Below the pieces are notes generated by a model. The model was not told the DNA's origin, did no database searches, and saw nothing but the letters and a program-made list of their open reading frames with translations. A program made the position numbers and the translations under genes. 64,000 nucleotides of DNA from Fimicolochytrium jonesii (Eukaryota). Positions 51,252 to 64,000 of the stretch are shown here, one piece after another (position 1 is the first letter of the stretch; each line of letters starts with the position of its first letter). Location of the stretch: the NCBI RefSeq assembly GCF_025526975.1, contig NW_026515673.1, forward strand, positions 310,001 through 374,000, read 5' to 3'.

Positions 51252-52832
51252 TATAAGAATCCGCTTTCATCTTTCTCTGCAATGGCCCTCGGGCGCAGGT
51301 AACCCCGAATTACACTTGAGTTCGTAGTACAAGTCATCGCACATGTCTAAATTTGGATTTGTGTTGTAGCGGTCTATTCCGTCGGTGCAAGTGGTGTTGC
51401 TTCCGGTTACTTGGCTGACCCAGGTGCAAGTGTCATTGCGGTCGGATTGGGCGTCTAGTAAAAGCTGATGGGATCGCGGTTTTTGTGATGAGGTAGGTCG
51501 CTTGCCAGGACGTCAAAAACGTTCTATCGAAGGGTCGGTTGTGTATTGTCGTTGTTAAGGAATATCGAAGGGGTTTTCGTACGTGCAGCAAGCATCTGGC
51601 GTCAGCGAACGAGGCAGCCGTATGTGGACTGGTGAAGTTTTTGAAGAAAGACGCCTAATGGCAAGTTGATCGGTCCATCTGTTTCGCGCAAATCTGCTGT
51701 AGGTACTTGTTGGAGGGATCAAATAGAGGTCCTTGTCGCAGGAACTCGTCTCGAGGGTCCTGCTGGTTTTATTTTGTGGTCGGAGGTAGTTGTGGCGATG
51801 GCGGTTAATTCTGTCGACGTTTTGATGGTCTTCCAGTATGTCTCGCATATGGTTCAGCTCCACTAAGGGCCGCTCTCGATTTCTCGTGGGAGATACGTGC
51901 TTGGAGCACTTGTTGGAGCTACTTTGTTGGGAAACGTGTCGGATTACTCGTCGGTTACTACCGACAAGAGATGCTTCCAGGAAACTTGACAAGAGTAGCG
52001 CCTTGACTGAAAGGATCTAGGGGTCATCATCCCGAAGTGATTTTTTTGCAAGGAGAATATCGGCTGTGTCTTTCTTTCGATGCGATGTTGCATTGTTGCC
52101 AGTAACCACTTGAAGCTAGTCGCTCTGGGTTGGTCATGAGAGATGAAAGTGAACGCCGCCTTAAGAGCGGATATGGCCACTTTGCAGAATTGGTGGAGGA
52201 CGTCGAGCCGAGGGGTAAGGTGCTATTGCTCAAGAAACCCTCCAACGATTTAAGCTTAACTTGGAAAGTGTTAACAGGCAGTACTCGCAAATCAACGATT
52301 GCTATAGGAAGGAGCAGTAGTGACCACTTGTTGTCATGCTGGCAAGTCGAAGCTTGATGAAGCTGTGTCTTATTCCGATGTGTTCAACCTTCGTCTGCGA
52401 TTCTTTCTGGGCATAGATGTACAGAGAGGCATCCGATATACCAGGGTCGGGTAAAGAGTATTCCTACGAGATTTCTTCCCGGAGAACATAATGGCATAGC
52501 CGTGTATGCAGGACCTACATGAGCCGATCTGAATCTTGTCCGGCAGTGTGCGTGCGAATTTTCTTGTTCCGGCTGCATCGGAGTTACGTTTTAACGGATT
52601 TCGACAGCGCGACGTAGCCGCCTGCGAGCACAGCCGAGTCCTGCACATGTTTCTGAGAAAGATACCAGCTCATGTCAAGCTACACAAGTACTGTACATAC
52701 AAGATAAATTCAAAAACTATCGCAGCAAACCAAAAGCATTTGACCGTCACGAACTGCCAAAAAGAAAGCTCACGACGCAATGCGATCCTTAGAGAGAAGG
52801 AGCAACTGGACCCACATATTTAAACACCCATC

Positions 52833-54882
52833 TCAAAGGCGTACTGAGTGGGTTGCGCGGCCTCGAGAAGTTTCCGGAATGAATGTGTACGTCAACGTAA
52901 ATGCCAGAGCGAGGAAGGTCGCAAAGACGAGGAAAACAGAGTAGCCCACTGGTTTTGGAATAGGGACAAGATAAAGACCGAGTGAGGTCATTGCGTGCAA
53001 CCCGGCCTTAGCATAGCAATAACCACACTTACATGCATCCACGGCAGCGGGGAAGATGAAAGCCAACAAGAAGGCACATCCCCAGTTTACTCCAGTTCCC
53101 AACGAGGCCGCCAGGCTGAGAGCGTGAGATGGAATAAGTTCCGGAAGGATAATCCTGGAGAAGTGAGGAAGATTGGTGAGCTTGCCTAAAACCAGAACTT
53201 TCATACTCCTCCAAAATCACTCACCAAGGGATCCCGCCCAATCCGACCGCAAACATGCCAACGAACGCCATCAACAGCGCGACAATAGCGGCGGGGTTGA
53301 CACCTTCGACACTCGCTGCGGCGAAGATGCCGACAGAGCACAAGCCCATCCCCAATTCTGATACAAGTAACAATGGCCTTCTACCGAGTTTGTCAATGAG
53401 GGCCGTCGAGAGGAGGGTCATTATGGTGTTGACGACGGAAATGAGGACAGTAAGATAGATCGCGGTTTCGCGCTTGTAGTTTTGAATGAAAATCGTTGTC
53501 TGGGCGAGTGATGTTGAGCATGCGGGTTCAGATGGGCGGATCTACAGATGGGCGGGGCCTGTATTGATCTCGGGTTCCGACTTACCGAATAGAACATCGC
53601 GGCATTGATCCCACTGAACTGCTGCGTGACGTGAATCCCAACTGCACAGAGGAGTGGCCTCCTCAATTCCGGCGCCGTCACCATTTGGATAAAGGACATG
53701 CTCGGCGGAGAATGAAGCTGACTCGAGGAGGTGGTACTGGTGAGCGGCGGTGCAAGCAAAGAATCGGGTGACTGCGCGTTAGCGTCCTCGTCATCATAGA
53801 AATCTTGGTCTCCCCCAACTTCAATGCTCTCGTCGGACTGTCGACGTTGGTTCAGACTGGTTGTTGAATCGTCGTCGGTAGAGGTGCGAGAGACTCCGTA
53901 GAGACGCTCGAGTGCTTCACGGCTATCGCGGCTCAGTCGTCGAGATGCAAGCCAGGCTGGAGATTCGACACACATGGGTAGCAATACCCACTGCAAAACG
54001 CAAGGAACTGCAACACGGATGAGTAAACCTCTTTTGGCGGACTGAATTGTCAAGGAGCTCTACTTACGAAGTGCTAGGCCAAACATGTACCGCCAGCCGT
54101 CAATGGTCGCTAATCCCAATCCGACGAGGACGCTGACCAAAATCCCCAAAACGATGCCAAGTTGGTTCATGCTCCCAAGGATTCCCTTTTGGGCCTTCGG
54201 GCTGATTTCGTTGATGTAAATGGGTACAATGGCCGTCGCCCACCCGGAGGCAACACCGGCAAGTACCCGACCAGCATACAGCGCCAGAACGGTTTGGGCA
54301 AAGGAGATGCTGAGAGTTCCCAGCGCAAACAGGATGTTGCCGTATACCATGGAGCGGCGGCGGCCGAACGCCGACGAAAGGTGTCCGCCAGTCAGACCTC
54401 CGATCGTCCCGCCTGGTGTATAATCATGAGGAACACTTCGGGCGATGCTGCACCATCAGCATATGCACAGTATCTGCAGTACTCACCAAGAAGAAATGCC
54501 GAGACGAAGAAGCCCCACTGCCAGTCGTCCATGGGTATGGCTGTGTGCTATTGAGCATGATGTTTATGAGCCTTATGAACGTGGACCCGTTGCTTTCTGT
54601 TCCTCCTATCGCTCTTCTCCCACTGATGCTCATCCCGACTATCGAAGCCAAAGCTTTTCTCCACAGCGTTGTCAACATACCATAGCCTCCCTCGGCTGGT
54701 TAATGACCCCTATAAGTAGACAACACCAACATGGTGGTTAGCTATCCAAAAGCTGGAGGGAACCCGAGACAGAACTTTGACATGCCTGCATGATAGCCGA
54801 ACTGAAATGGAGACAAGACCGACGTAAAGACACACAGAAGAAGAAAAGGTGACACAGACTTGCTCCTGTTTTCCGTGGTCAT
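52833..54882 (-). CDS. MFS sugar porter (GLUT/SLC2A-like), multi-exon, first intron GC-AG
   Basis: FQFGYHA-GVINQP, FGRRR, GRVLAG, PIYINEISP..GILGSMNQL, ESPAWL, QQFSGINAAMFYS, IDKLGRRPLLL, GLGGIPW and IPET motifs. Confidence 0.93.
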
Positions 54883-55290
54883 AGCTAAGTTACTGGGCAC
54901 ACTGTGCGTGATCTAGCTTCCTGCGCGTTGCAAGTGCAACAATGCACCACTCCTGACGACCCCCGTAAATCTGTCCCTAAGGCACCCGAGTAACCTCCCG
55001 CGCGGTCTCCGTATACCGCTGACGACCCGTCGTAAACGGAGGACGAAGTGGATGCCCAGTAGTGCTCCTCAATCTCGAGTTTCGAAGCTCAGCTATCTTG
55101 GGTCAATTTTCCCAGGCATATCTCATCGTGCAACGCTCAAAAGGCTCAAACGCGTGAGAGACGTGAGGTCGTCGCCTCAGCGTCGCCTGTCGTCGCAGGT
55201 CCTCCCACTTCCCGGCCAGCTTCCCGGTGTCCGCTGGCTTTGACATCCGCTTCGATATTGTTCTGTTTCAGCGGCGCTTCAGGTCGTGCC

Positions 55291-56902
55291 ATGTCCTGCT
55301 TAGCCGTGCGCCCTCGTTTTCTCCTTCGCTCTACGGTTTCAATCCGCCCGCTCGTCGTTCCACCTTTTTCGTGGATACCGGCAAGACCAAGCATTCAGCC
55401 ACGTTTCGTATCTCAACTGGCAAGCCAGCAATACAACACACCGACCACTGCGACCGTCGCAAAAACGCAGCACAGCATCCTGTTCTTTGGGGCCGATGAG
55501 TTTTCTATCATATGTTTGAAGAAGCTGTGGGAGGCTTCAGGTCAGTCCTGTAGAATAGGGCCATACTTGTTGGGTTAGTCTGACTCAAGGTCGGACTGTC
55601 GTCTATCGACGTAGCAGCGGCAGAGGGTAGAGGGTCAATAGCACATATAGAGGTGGTGACACCTCCAGAGAGCACGAACAAGAAGGGATTCAAAGGTAAT
55701 GTTAAGGAGCGGAAAGCCTCTCGCCTAACCTATATACGTCGGTGAACCTCACCTCGTTCGAACTCTTCAGTCCCAATTAGAAAGTTTGCAAAATCTCTCG
55801 GAATCCCTATTCATTCGGCGCCACCAAAATCCTTGAAAGATTGGAATGTGAGACTCGGCCGCATCTCTTTGAGACTCTTCGGCATCTAGTTCCCACTGAC
55901 ACGGAGCAGCTCCCCACACCAAGCGGCCCACTCCCATTTTCTCTCGCAGTTGTGGTTTCTTTCGGATACTTTATACCCCGCCGCATCATCCGCCAATTCA
56001 GTGGCGGAGCTCTCAATGTCCATCCATCGCTTTTACCAAAATATCGTGGAGCCGCGCCATTGCAGTATACCATCCTTAATGATGATCGGGAGTCCGGTGT
56101 GTCCATCATCGAGCTCGATGAGAAAAAATTCGATGTGGGCCGGATCGTGAAGCAAAGCAGGATCGTGAGTAGTTCCACTATCAGGGTCTGGTAATTATAA
56201 ACGAGGAAGACGGTGCCCCGCGGTGTTGATGCCGTATCATTTGCTCGCGCATAGGATGTTCCACCCAACACGTTTCTGATGGACTTGCACGATCGTCTTG
56301 GGAACCTGGGGGCGGAAGACCTGCTGACTGTGGTGGAAGATCTGGAAACATACAAGGTAATCCAAACAACCCGTAAGCTCATCAATGGTTGTTCCTAAGA
56401 AGACATGTCCGATTGCAGGCAAACGCACAGATTCAAGACGATTCAAAAGCATCTCACGCCCCGAAAATTACCAAAGAGATGGCCATTATTGATTGGACCC
56501 GACCCGCTGACGAGATCTATCGTTTACATCGGGCAATCGGGAAGAAGGTTTGCACGCTTGATTTCGTATCAAATATGTTTGGGCTAACCCTTGTGATCTC
56601 CACCCCAGATTCCCCTTCACACAACGTTCTTAGGACGTCGAATCCAACTCCTGGAAATCATCGACCCATCATCCAACCCACCAGCGACCCACAACACCGC
56701 AAATAGCGCGCCAGGAACACTGCACTTCAATCCTTCACATAGCGTTCTCTTCGTGGCGTGCGGGTCGCCAACATCTTCGGGCACGTCGTACCTTCCGGTT
56801 AGGACTGTGAAGATGCAGGACAAACAGGCGGTGAAGATTGATGCTTTTGTGAATGGGTATCAGTTGAAAGGGAAGGAGGGGGTTATGTTTGGTGCGGCGT
56901 AG
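55291..56902 (+). CDS. FMT1: Mitochondrial methionyl-tRNA formyltransferase, multi-exon
   Basis: ILFFGADEFS, VVVSFGYFIP, LNVHPSLLPKYRGAAPLQYTIL, FDVGRI and APKITKE..IDW motifs. Confidence 0.93.
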
Positions 56903-57017
56903 CGCGTGGCAGTTGCGTTTATTGAAAGATCGGCCTGAGACACTTTACTGGTCATGGCGGAATCTGGTCTACAACGCGTTCTAATGCAAGGAGAGAAACA
57001 AGAAGTTCTATGAATGG

Positions 57018-59183
57018 CTACATGCTATGGGCCTTGAAGTCCCAGTGAATGAGCGAACATGTACCTCGAAAACCCCATTTACGCCGTATGCCCCATTGCC
57101 CCATTGCGATGGCCAGAAAGTGGTGTTGACGCAATGTGATTTCTGCCCAGTGCGATGGAGAAAAGATGTCCTCCCATGCAGGACCCCCATCTCCATCCCA
57201 CACAACCTCCTACAAGTTCAATATATGCTGCTTGAACATTTGCATATCATTCCGTCAGACATTTTCCATTCGGCGTCGGGTTGTTCACTATGCGTGCGAG
57301 ATGTAATTCGTCGGACCCCCGCTCCCTCATTTGGCTGCTGCCTCGTTTGGATTCTCCTGTTCCGCATATTTCTGCGGCATCGTGGTCCCGCACCAGCCCC
57401 AAGGACCGAGAAGCGAGCGTGGAGACTTTACAGCATGTAAGAGGTTCCCCGCGCCGACATCCGAAAGTGCAGCCTCTTCCTGTGGGGACGGCGGTCATTG
57501 GGTTCGATCGGGCTTTCAGCTTTGGCAGGCAAGCGGGGCTTCTTACCGCTCGAACCCGCCGTGACACATTCATTTCACGCACGGTGACAGTCTCCACCAA
57601 GCTCCCATGATAGCGACGTCCCGTGTACGTGTTCGACCAGGCGCGCTGATACCGTTAGGTTCATCTTCTCCAAGGCCTCAATGACGTTTTGAAGTCCTGC
57701 GGGCGATCTCGTCCGGCAGCGTATCGCCGGTTCCTTGAGGTTCGAGCACCTCGGCGATTTTCACCTTGGACTGCGGTGGGCGAGATCCGCATCTTCATAT
57801 TGCCGAGACGCATCAGCGACAACCATTCCGCTTGTTTACCGATAAGTCCACATTGGCTTGCCTCGCACACCACCCAGGCGTCGTTGACCACCCCAGCCGT
57901 CAACACTTGGCACATCGCCGCTTCTGCGTAGCATCATCCCGTGCCTTTCCATCATCTTCTCCATCCTCCCCGTCATTCTCATCGTCCGACAGAAACAGTA
58001 GGTCCCACTCCCCTACATACATGCGACCGTCAACCTGGGTATCAGCCTGCGTTCCCAGTCCGGCTGTTTCCGGTCTCGTGCTCACAGTCAGCTCCTGTGA
58101 TGATTCTGACGGCTCCTCTGCTGACGGTAGCGCTGATGCTGGCAGTGGAGGAAGGGATTGCGCTTCTTCGAAATCAGCGAGTGTGGGATTGTGGGTGCGA
58201 CTGTACGGGTGGAAATGAGATGTTGTCGTGATTGGGGCGGAGACGTGGCGGCGAAAAGTCGCAGGAGCCGGTTCATGGCAATCATTCCTTGGTTTTGTTG
58301 GAGGATGAAGAGTACCGCTGCCGAGAGGCTCCAACCTGTTCGATAATGAGCACAACAGCCAATAGTACCCAGGCAGCGAGTTTACAGATTCGAAAGCGTA
58401 GTACTCACCACCCAGCACATCTCACCAGGGCCTCAAAAACCTTCCTCTCCTCTTCCACGAACCGTACCTCATTCGTCGGCTCACATCCATTCGTGCCCAT
58501 AAAAACCAGTTCATCGACCGCTATGCACACGGCCAGCCGGGGCGTTCGCTGGGTGCGATTGATGGCGAGTCGTGCCGCCCGAAGGATAATGTATGCGCCG
58601 CGAAGAGTAGTTATGGGCGGAATGGATGACATTGGGGTTTGACGGCTCCTGTATGTGAAAGCAAGGAATAAGTAATCCTGCGGAGCGGAGATTTGCCTGG
58701 ACTTCGTTCAAGCATTACTCGTTGTATTTGTTGACGCAGTGCTTCGTGAAGAAACAGTCGATTCGGTGATGAGCGTCAGAAACCTCCATCGTAATAGGAA
58801 CTTCGCCGTTTTCATCATAAGATGTGATCTTCGTATTTCAGGAAGAGTAAAGTTCATGTACATACAAGGGAGAGTTATGTCAAACGTGGAAACAAGAAAA
58901 TCGTCAGAGCAATATCAAGAGCGCTACAAGCCGTATCCAATCCTCTCCGCAGCCGAGACGAGCAAGAGGCAAGGATATCCCACTGCACCTTACTAATCTG
59001 CACCCGCTTGCTCAAACCCCGTCCCTCGCACTTCAAGGCTTGCTGCATTCGCTCACGCCGGACGCGTGGATCTCGAGATGCTCCTTCCTGACTGCACTCC
59101 AACGCGGCGTGCTGTACACGGGCGGTGGCCTGTTCTAGCTCGCCGAGAAGATAGGGCAGAAGCCAGGGTGTCAGAAGGGGCAT
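57018..59183 (-). CDS. TPP1/Tpz1/Est3-like OB-fold telomere (shelterin) protein, multi-exon; 3' end uncertain
   Basis: Spliced N-terminus PWLL..RVQISK-IT..PITMEVSDAHHRIDCFFT..E-S..ITTLRGAYIIL..IAVDELVFMGTNG..FEAL follows the TPP1-domain pattern. Confidence 0.72.
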
Positions 59184-59535
59184 GCTATCGACAAGGTTGT
59201 CGTGGGAAAGTCGTGCATGTATTTCTTTTGAGGAATCCAACGATATCGCCAAAAGTACAAGCCGAAGACACTCCACGAGCCGGAATCTGGATCGTCGAAC
59301 AGGGCTCGCCAGGGGCTCGCGCTTGAAGGTGGTCTTCTATGGGAAGTCTCGAAATGTCCCCAATGAGCTCAAATGTTTTGATGCTGGTGGGACTTCAGTG
59401 GGACTTCAGAATTTTCGAAGGCGTGGCTGCGAGTCCCAGTCCGAAAACACCGAGTCCCACCGTGACACGGTCATCACCCGCAATCAGTGGACTGTCGTTA
59501 AACAGTCGTATATTCTCAGCATCGTTGGGTTTGAG

Positions 59536-60938
59536 ATGTTCTACGCTCCAACCCGTGCGGGAAACCGCGGTGGGCAGGGTCTCTTTAAATGGGAGGACGT
59601 CAAGGACGATAAGGTGAGAAGCAAGGCGCTGAAGGCATCAGCTCCATCCATATGCACAGGGCACCCATGCTGGCTGTGGACCCTTTGGGGCGAGTTTGGA
59701 GGTGGCGGACACTTTGCCAGCGCAACGTACTAATGGGCCGCTCTTCCTCCACACAGTATCGGGAGAATTACCTTGGGCATTCTCTGAACGCTCCAGTCGG
59801 CCGCTGGCAGAAGAATAAAGGTAAGACTTGAGTCATGTTTCCTGATTGTTTATATTCCTTGCATAGTACTAATTTCGGGGTATTCGTCGTTGTCTCCTTC
59901 GCAGATCTTACTTGGTACGCCAAAGAAGAAGGGGACGTCAACCCAGCCAATTCGGACGAAGCCTTGGCTGCCGAACTTGCTGAAATCAAGCGAAATGAGA
60001 CGGAGGCTCTTGCCGAAGCGCTAGGTTATTCTTCAGGCGCCAAGCGGCGGGATCCGAACGCTGTTAGTCGATCCGAAATCAAGCGACTCGTGAAGATGGA
60101 TATCGAGGACGATGACGTTGAGAGGGAGGTACCGCGGCCGCCTGAGGAGGAGGTGTTGGGATTGGGCTTTAATAGGTATGCCGCGAAGATTGAGCATGTG
60201 GCTTGAGACTCGTTCTGGTTTACCAATCGAAAAATCACTATTCATTACAGCACAAAGTCAAAGATGGCAGCAGCAGGAGTCGGCTTCAACGGCGCAAATG
60301 AGGACGATGATTCGGCGGCTGCGTACTTCTCTTCGGCCCGCCCTGGCCCTGCCGAGGCCACGAAAGCGACCGGCACCAGTGAATCGATACCTAAGAAATT
60401 GTCGGGAGCGCATAGCGAATCGACAGAATATGGCACGGACAAATCGGCCAAGAAAGCGCATAAAGAAAAAGAAAAGAAGGAGAAGAAAAGAGAAAGGGAA
60501 AAAGAAAAGGAGGATAAGAAGAAGGAAAAGGAACTGAAAAAGAAGGAGAAGAAGGACAAAAAGGAGAAAGCGAAAGTCACGAAACCGAGGGGAACTTGGG
60601 TGCTTCGCTCGCCATCTCCACCTCGCCAACGGAGAAGAAAAGTAACCAACAAAGACTCACCGGAGTCGTACAGTCCACCTTGGCGAGCTCCGCCCGATTC
60701 CCCTTCAAGATCCTCACGCGCGCCAGGGGGAAGAGGAACGTGGCGACTTCCCGCGCCACTTGATCGCGGCCGGCGTCGCTCTCGCTCACCGTCCCCACCC
60801 ACTGCTGGTGCCCTTGACGACAAATACAGTCGGTCGATCAAGTCGATCAGGGGTGACCGGCGAAGCAGGAGCCGAAGTAGGAGTCGCGATGCGGGAAGAA
60901 GGCGCAGTCGAAGCCCAGAAAGCCGCAAACATAAGTGA
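59536..60938 (+). CDS. MMTAG2/C1orf35-like protein with K/E- and RS-rich tail, multi-exon
   Basis: [57 protein letters not shown] motifs. Confidence 0.88.
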
Positions 60939-63000
60939 TGGGTTGACGTCTCTGCCATTCCTAATATCTTTTCAATCATCATTCTTTCGCAAGAAAAGTA
61001 GAACAAATAGCCAACGTTTTAATGATAGGACGTATTGCGCAGTTATCATAACAGCAATCGACTACTTGTGCGGGCCGTCTTCGATTTTACGGTACTCGAC
61101 GAACCTTGGCCCAACACCCTCTTGTCCTTGTCCGGACTCGACGTGCCTCGGTGCGGGAGTCAGATCTCCCAGGATACATTACACTCGAGAAGGGAAGCCA
61201 TGGTCTCTGGATATCTTGTGTGCTTTGCGATCGCCACAGTTCGAGCAGCAATCGTTTAGCACCCCCCACAGCACAGGGGTTGATGACGAATCGAACATCT
61301 CGATGGTAATGCCACTCACGCTTCGCCCGATCACCACCAATATCTCGCAGAAGATGAAGTCTTTGACATCCGCACGAAGCTTGGGGAAATTTGACTTGGG
61401 ATACGCTGGACACTCATATGCATACCACAAATCTGAAGAAATAGACCTTTCCACATTGACGGCACTGTCAATTTTGCGAACTCCGAAATGCCCTTAGTTC
61501 AGTTGCGCAATGGACGTACGGTTTTGGCGCCTCTATCCATGCTCAGGAGACGTCAGCGCAAGGGTTGAGTAATGAAAGTTTTTCCTCCAGGGTTTGCGCC
61601 GGGCCCCGTTCGCGTTAAAAGCAGACACCCACCCCAGATTCGGGACATGTGTCTGTATCGTTGCCACGGCATCTCTAAGGGAAGAACTCTTTGCAATTTG
61701 AAAAACTCAAAGATGGCAGGGGTCGTGTGCTGAGGAGAGTAGGTCCTTCAAGCCTCAGCCCACGGGGCATGGATACATTGCACACTTCTAAGTGACAACC
61801 ATGACTCCAGTGCACAGGAGCGTCGAACTGGACCTTTCGCCACCATTGACCACATTGCGCCGCCACTTTTCCGCGGTAATAAGCTATGCCTATCCAGCAT
61901 TTCAAAGAAGGGCGAAAAAAAAACTGATTTGTGGAAAAATGTCGAAAATGTCCAGGCAAATCTGAGGAAGCGTATCTTTGTTGGCAATTTCCAATCGCTT
62001 GTCCACGGTTTCCCGCGCTCTGGATGTTTCTGGAGCCTCGACAGTTGGTTGCACCGGACACTGACAGTGCCATGTGTGCGTTTTCAGATATCGTTCATGG
62101 ATTCATTATAAGAGTACTGTCCATGTACATAGGATCATGATTTAATATGTGTCTCATCCCGCTGCTACATGTCGTGGCTTGGTGTATACTGGGTGTCGAG
62201 GGTTCGCTTCCACGGACACGACATCCTCGGGCTTGGCTCTGGAAAGTATCAAAGTCGTGTCAGTCCCTCCTCGACAGCAATCTGCTTGAGGAGAACATTC
62301 CAGATGAGCTAGACGCCGGAAGAACAAAACCCTAAACCCTGGATTCGACGCTAGCATTGTTCTAGATCAAGTGCAGAAAGCTGTATCGACTTTGTGTCGC
62401 CATCCAGAATCGCTGAAAGTTTGGTTTGCGATTTACCATCCGGGCCATACTACAAGGCTCAACAAAGTTTCCATATGGGTTCAGAACCATCCCGTATTAC
62501 GACAGGGCCTCCAAAAATACTGTCAACGACTGCTTACGCGTTTGAACTCCGACCGACGGAATGACACGGGTTCGCATACCATCGATGGACCAAGAAAGCA
62601 TCCGTTCATATGCAATGTACTAAGAATACGGGCGGAGTCTGAGGCCCAGGCAGGGCATTAGAGCGTGCGCCTCGCAGTGGATGGGGTGGACGGCTACGGA
62701 GGCCCGCTTCGAGTCTAGTATAAATACAGGGTCCTGGCCGCGAAGGACATTTCCCTTCGTTTTCTTCCGTTTCCCACTTTCGATCTCGCTTGCGAAGCTC
62801 CTGTGGCAGAGAAAGCTTTCAGCAACGAATAGTTGGAAACGCTGTAGAGAGTGCGGACAATCTCCCGCAGCCAGTCTCGAGTCTTCATCTGTGCGACATC
62901 TGCGATTTTTCAAGAACATCTCCTGCGAAATCCTCATCGGAATCGTTGCGAAGAACAGCACACCGATTTCATTCCCAACTGCGCCTGAACGGTTGCCAAG

Positions 63001-64000
63001 ATGAAGATTAACATCTTCTGGCTGGTAGCCTCTCTGGCCCTCTGGGCGGCCATCGTCGTCGCTCAAACCACAACCACTACGACTGATACCACCTCCTCCA
63101 CCGATACGGCGGCTCAGTCATCAAAGTCTGCTTCCACATCTGCGTCCACGTCTGCTTCCACGTCTGCTTCCACGTCTGCTGCAACGTCTGATTCAACGTC
63201 TGCTGCCACGGCTGCCACATCTACCAATACCAACACAGCTACTCCGACCACTTCTACCAGCGTCAGTGCTGCTGCCACAACCGCCTCTACATCTACGTCA
63301 TCCAATACCAACGCAGCAGCCACCACCGCATCGACTAGCATCAGCGCCGGTTCCGCGTCTACCACCGTCACTAGCTCTGCATCTTCTACCGCCACTGGCA
63401 GCAACGTAGTTACCACGACCTCGTCTACTACCGCCGCGGGCCGCGCAACCGGCACCGTTACTGCTAGCAGCAGCCAGACTGCCACGGCTTCGTCTACCAT
63501 CAGCTCAGTAGCGTCAAGCACACCCACAGCACCGATCATCGTCCCACGCATTGTCTATCCCATCTACAAGATTGAAGAGACAGAGTGGGACGGCAAACGC
63601 AGTTTTGCCAACGTTACGTGGATCCCCAGTTACGGTAAAGACGCAGGTTGGATCTACCCGGCCGCTCCGTACCCGTTCCCTTACTTTACCAACGTCGACA
63701 AGCCGGACGAAGGGTGGCAGCCTGCCAACTACAACCAGGACGTCATCCGCGAACCCTACCCGTGCTTCGTCAACTTCAATGGTTTACCAACCAAGGGCCA
63801 ATGTCAAGTCGACCGTCCGATGGTGTACAACTACACAACATCGTTCACGGATAATGGAACCCATCCAGAAGACGAGTGCAGCTACAACAATGGCACCGTG
63901 AACCTCTACGAGCACAAGTACCAGTACCCGTGCACCTCAAACTCTTCGACCATGTGCAACGGCACCTACACCTCCCAGTCTCCGAAGCCATTCGATATGG
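63001..64000 (+). CDS. Secreted/cell-surface protein: signal peptide, ~155-aa Ser/Thr-rich stalk, then an aromatic/Cys-containing domain; runs off the window
   Basis: MKINIFWLVASLALWAAIVVA|QTTTTT; the frame stays open to 64000. It is absent from the ORF track because there is no stop in the window. Confidence 0.8.
   Translation, partial: MKINIFWLVASLALWAAIVVAQTTTTTTDTTSSTDTAAQSSKSASTSASTSASTSASTSAATSDSTSAATAATSTNTNTATPTTSTSVSAAATTASTSTSSNTNAAATTASTSISAGSASTTVTSSASSTATGSNVVTTTSSTTAAGRATGTVTASSSQTATASSTISSVASSTPTAPIIVPRIVYPIYKIEETEWDGKRSFANVTWIPSYGKDAGWIYPAAPYPFPYFTNVDKPDEGWQPANYNQDVIREPYPCFVNFNGLPTKGQCQVDRPMVYNYTTSFTDNGTHPEDECSYNNGTVNLYEHKYQYPCTSNSSTMCNGTYTSQSPKPFDM

Noticed and set aside
60960..62990. 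Genes in the short ORFs upstream of the secreted protein
   Set aside because: No recognisable motifs or consistent splice model.

Overview
Intron-rich, gene-dense eukaryotic DNA, most likely from a zoosporic (chytrid) fungus: fungal-type genes with short GT-AG introns sit alongside flagellar genes. About 19 conserved or recognisable host genes are present: oligoribonuclease, CFAP65, NAD(H) kinase, CXorf65-like, RIIa/CATIP-C-like, NAE1, RhoGAP, importin-7/NMD5, DUF2470-membrane protein, TSR2, PCH2, CPD photolyase, CNOT11, bromodomain-ankyrin protein, alpha/beta hydrolase, CHD1, sugar transporter, FMT1, a TPP1/Tpz1-like telomere protein and MMTAG2-like. A secreted Ser/Thr-rich protein runs off the right end. 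An accessory island at about 28.3-34.65 kb holds a TA-flanked MITE, two intronless orphan ORFs (one PemK/MazF-like, one Cys-rich), a three-unit ~180-bp array with fixed-spacing conserved boxes, and a decayed DIRS/Ngaro-type tyrosine recombinase. Also notable: two adjacent 99-nt introns homologous to each other, a repeat shared by two enlarged introns, and a MITE with an 8-bp TSD and telomere-like repeats. All assignments come from motif recognition by eye; no searches were run. Gene spans include introns, and some start codons are uncertain.
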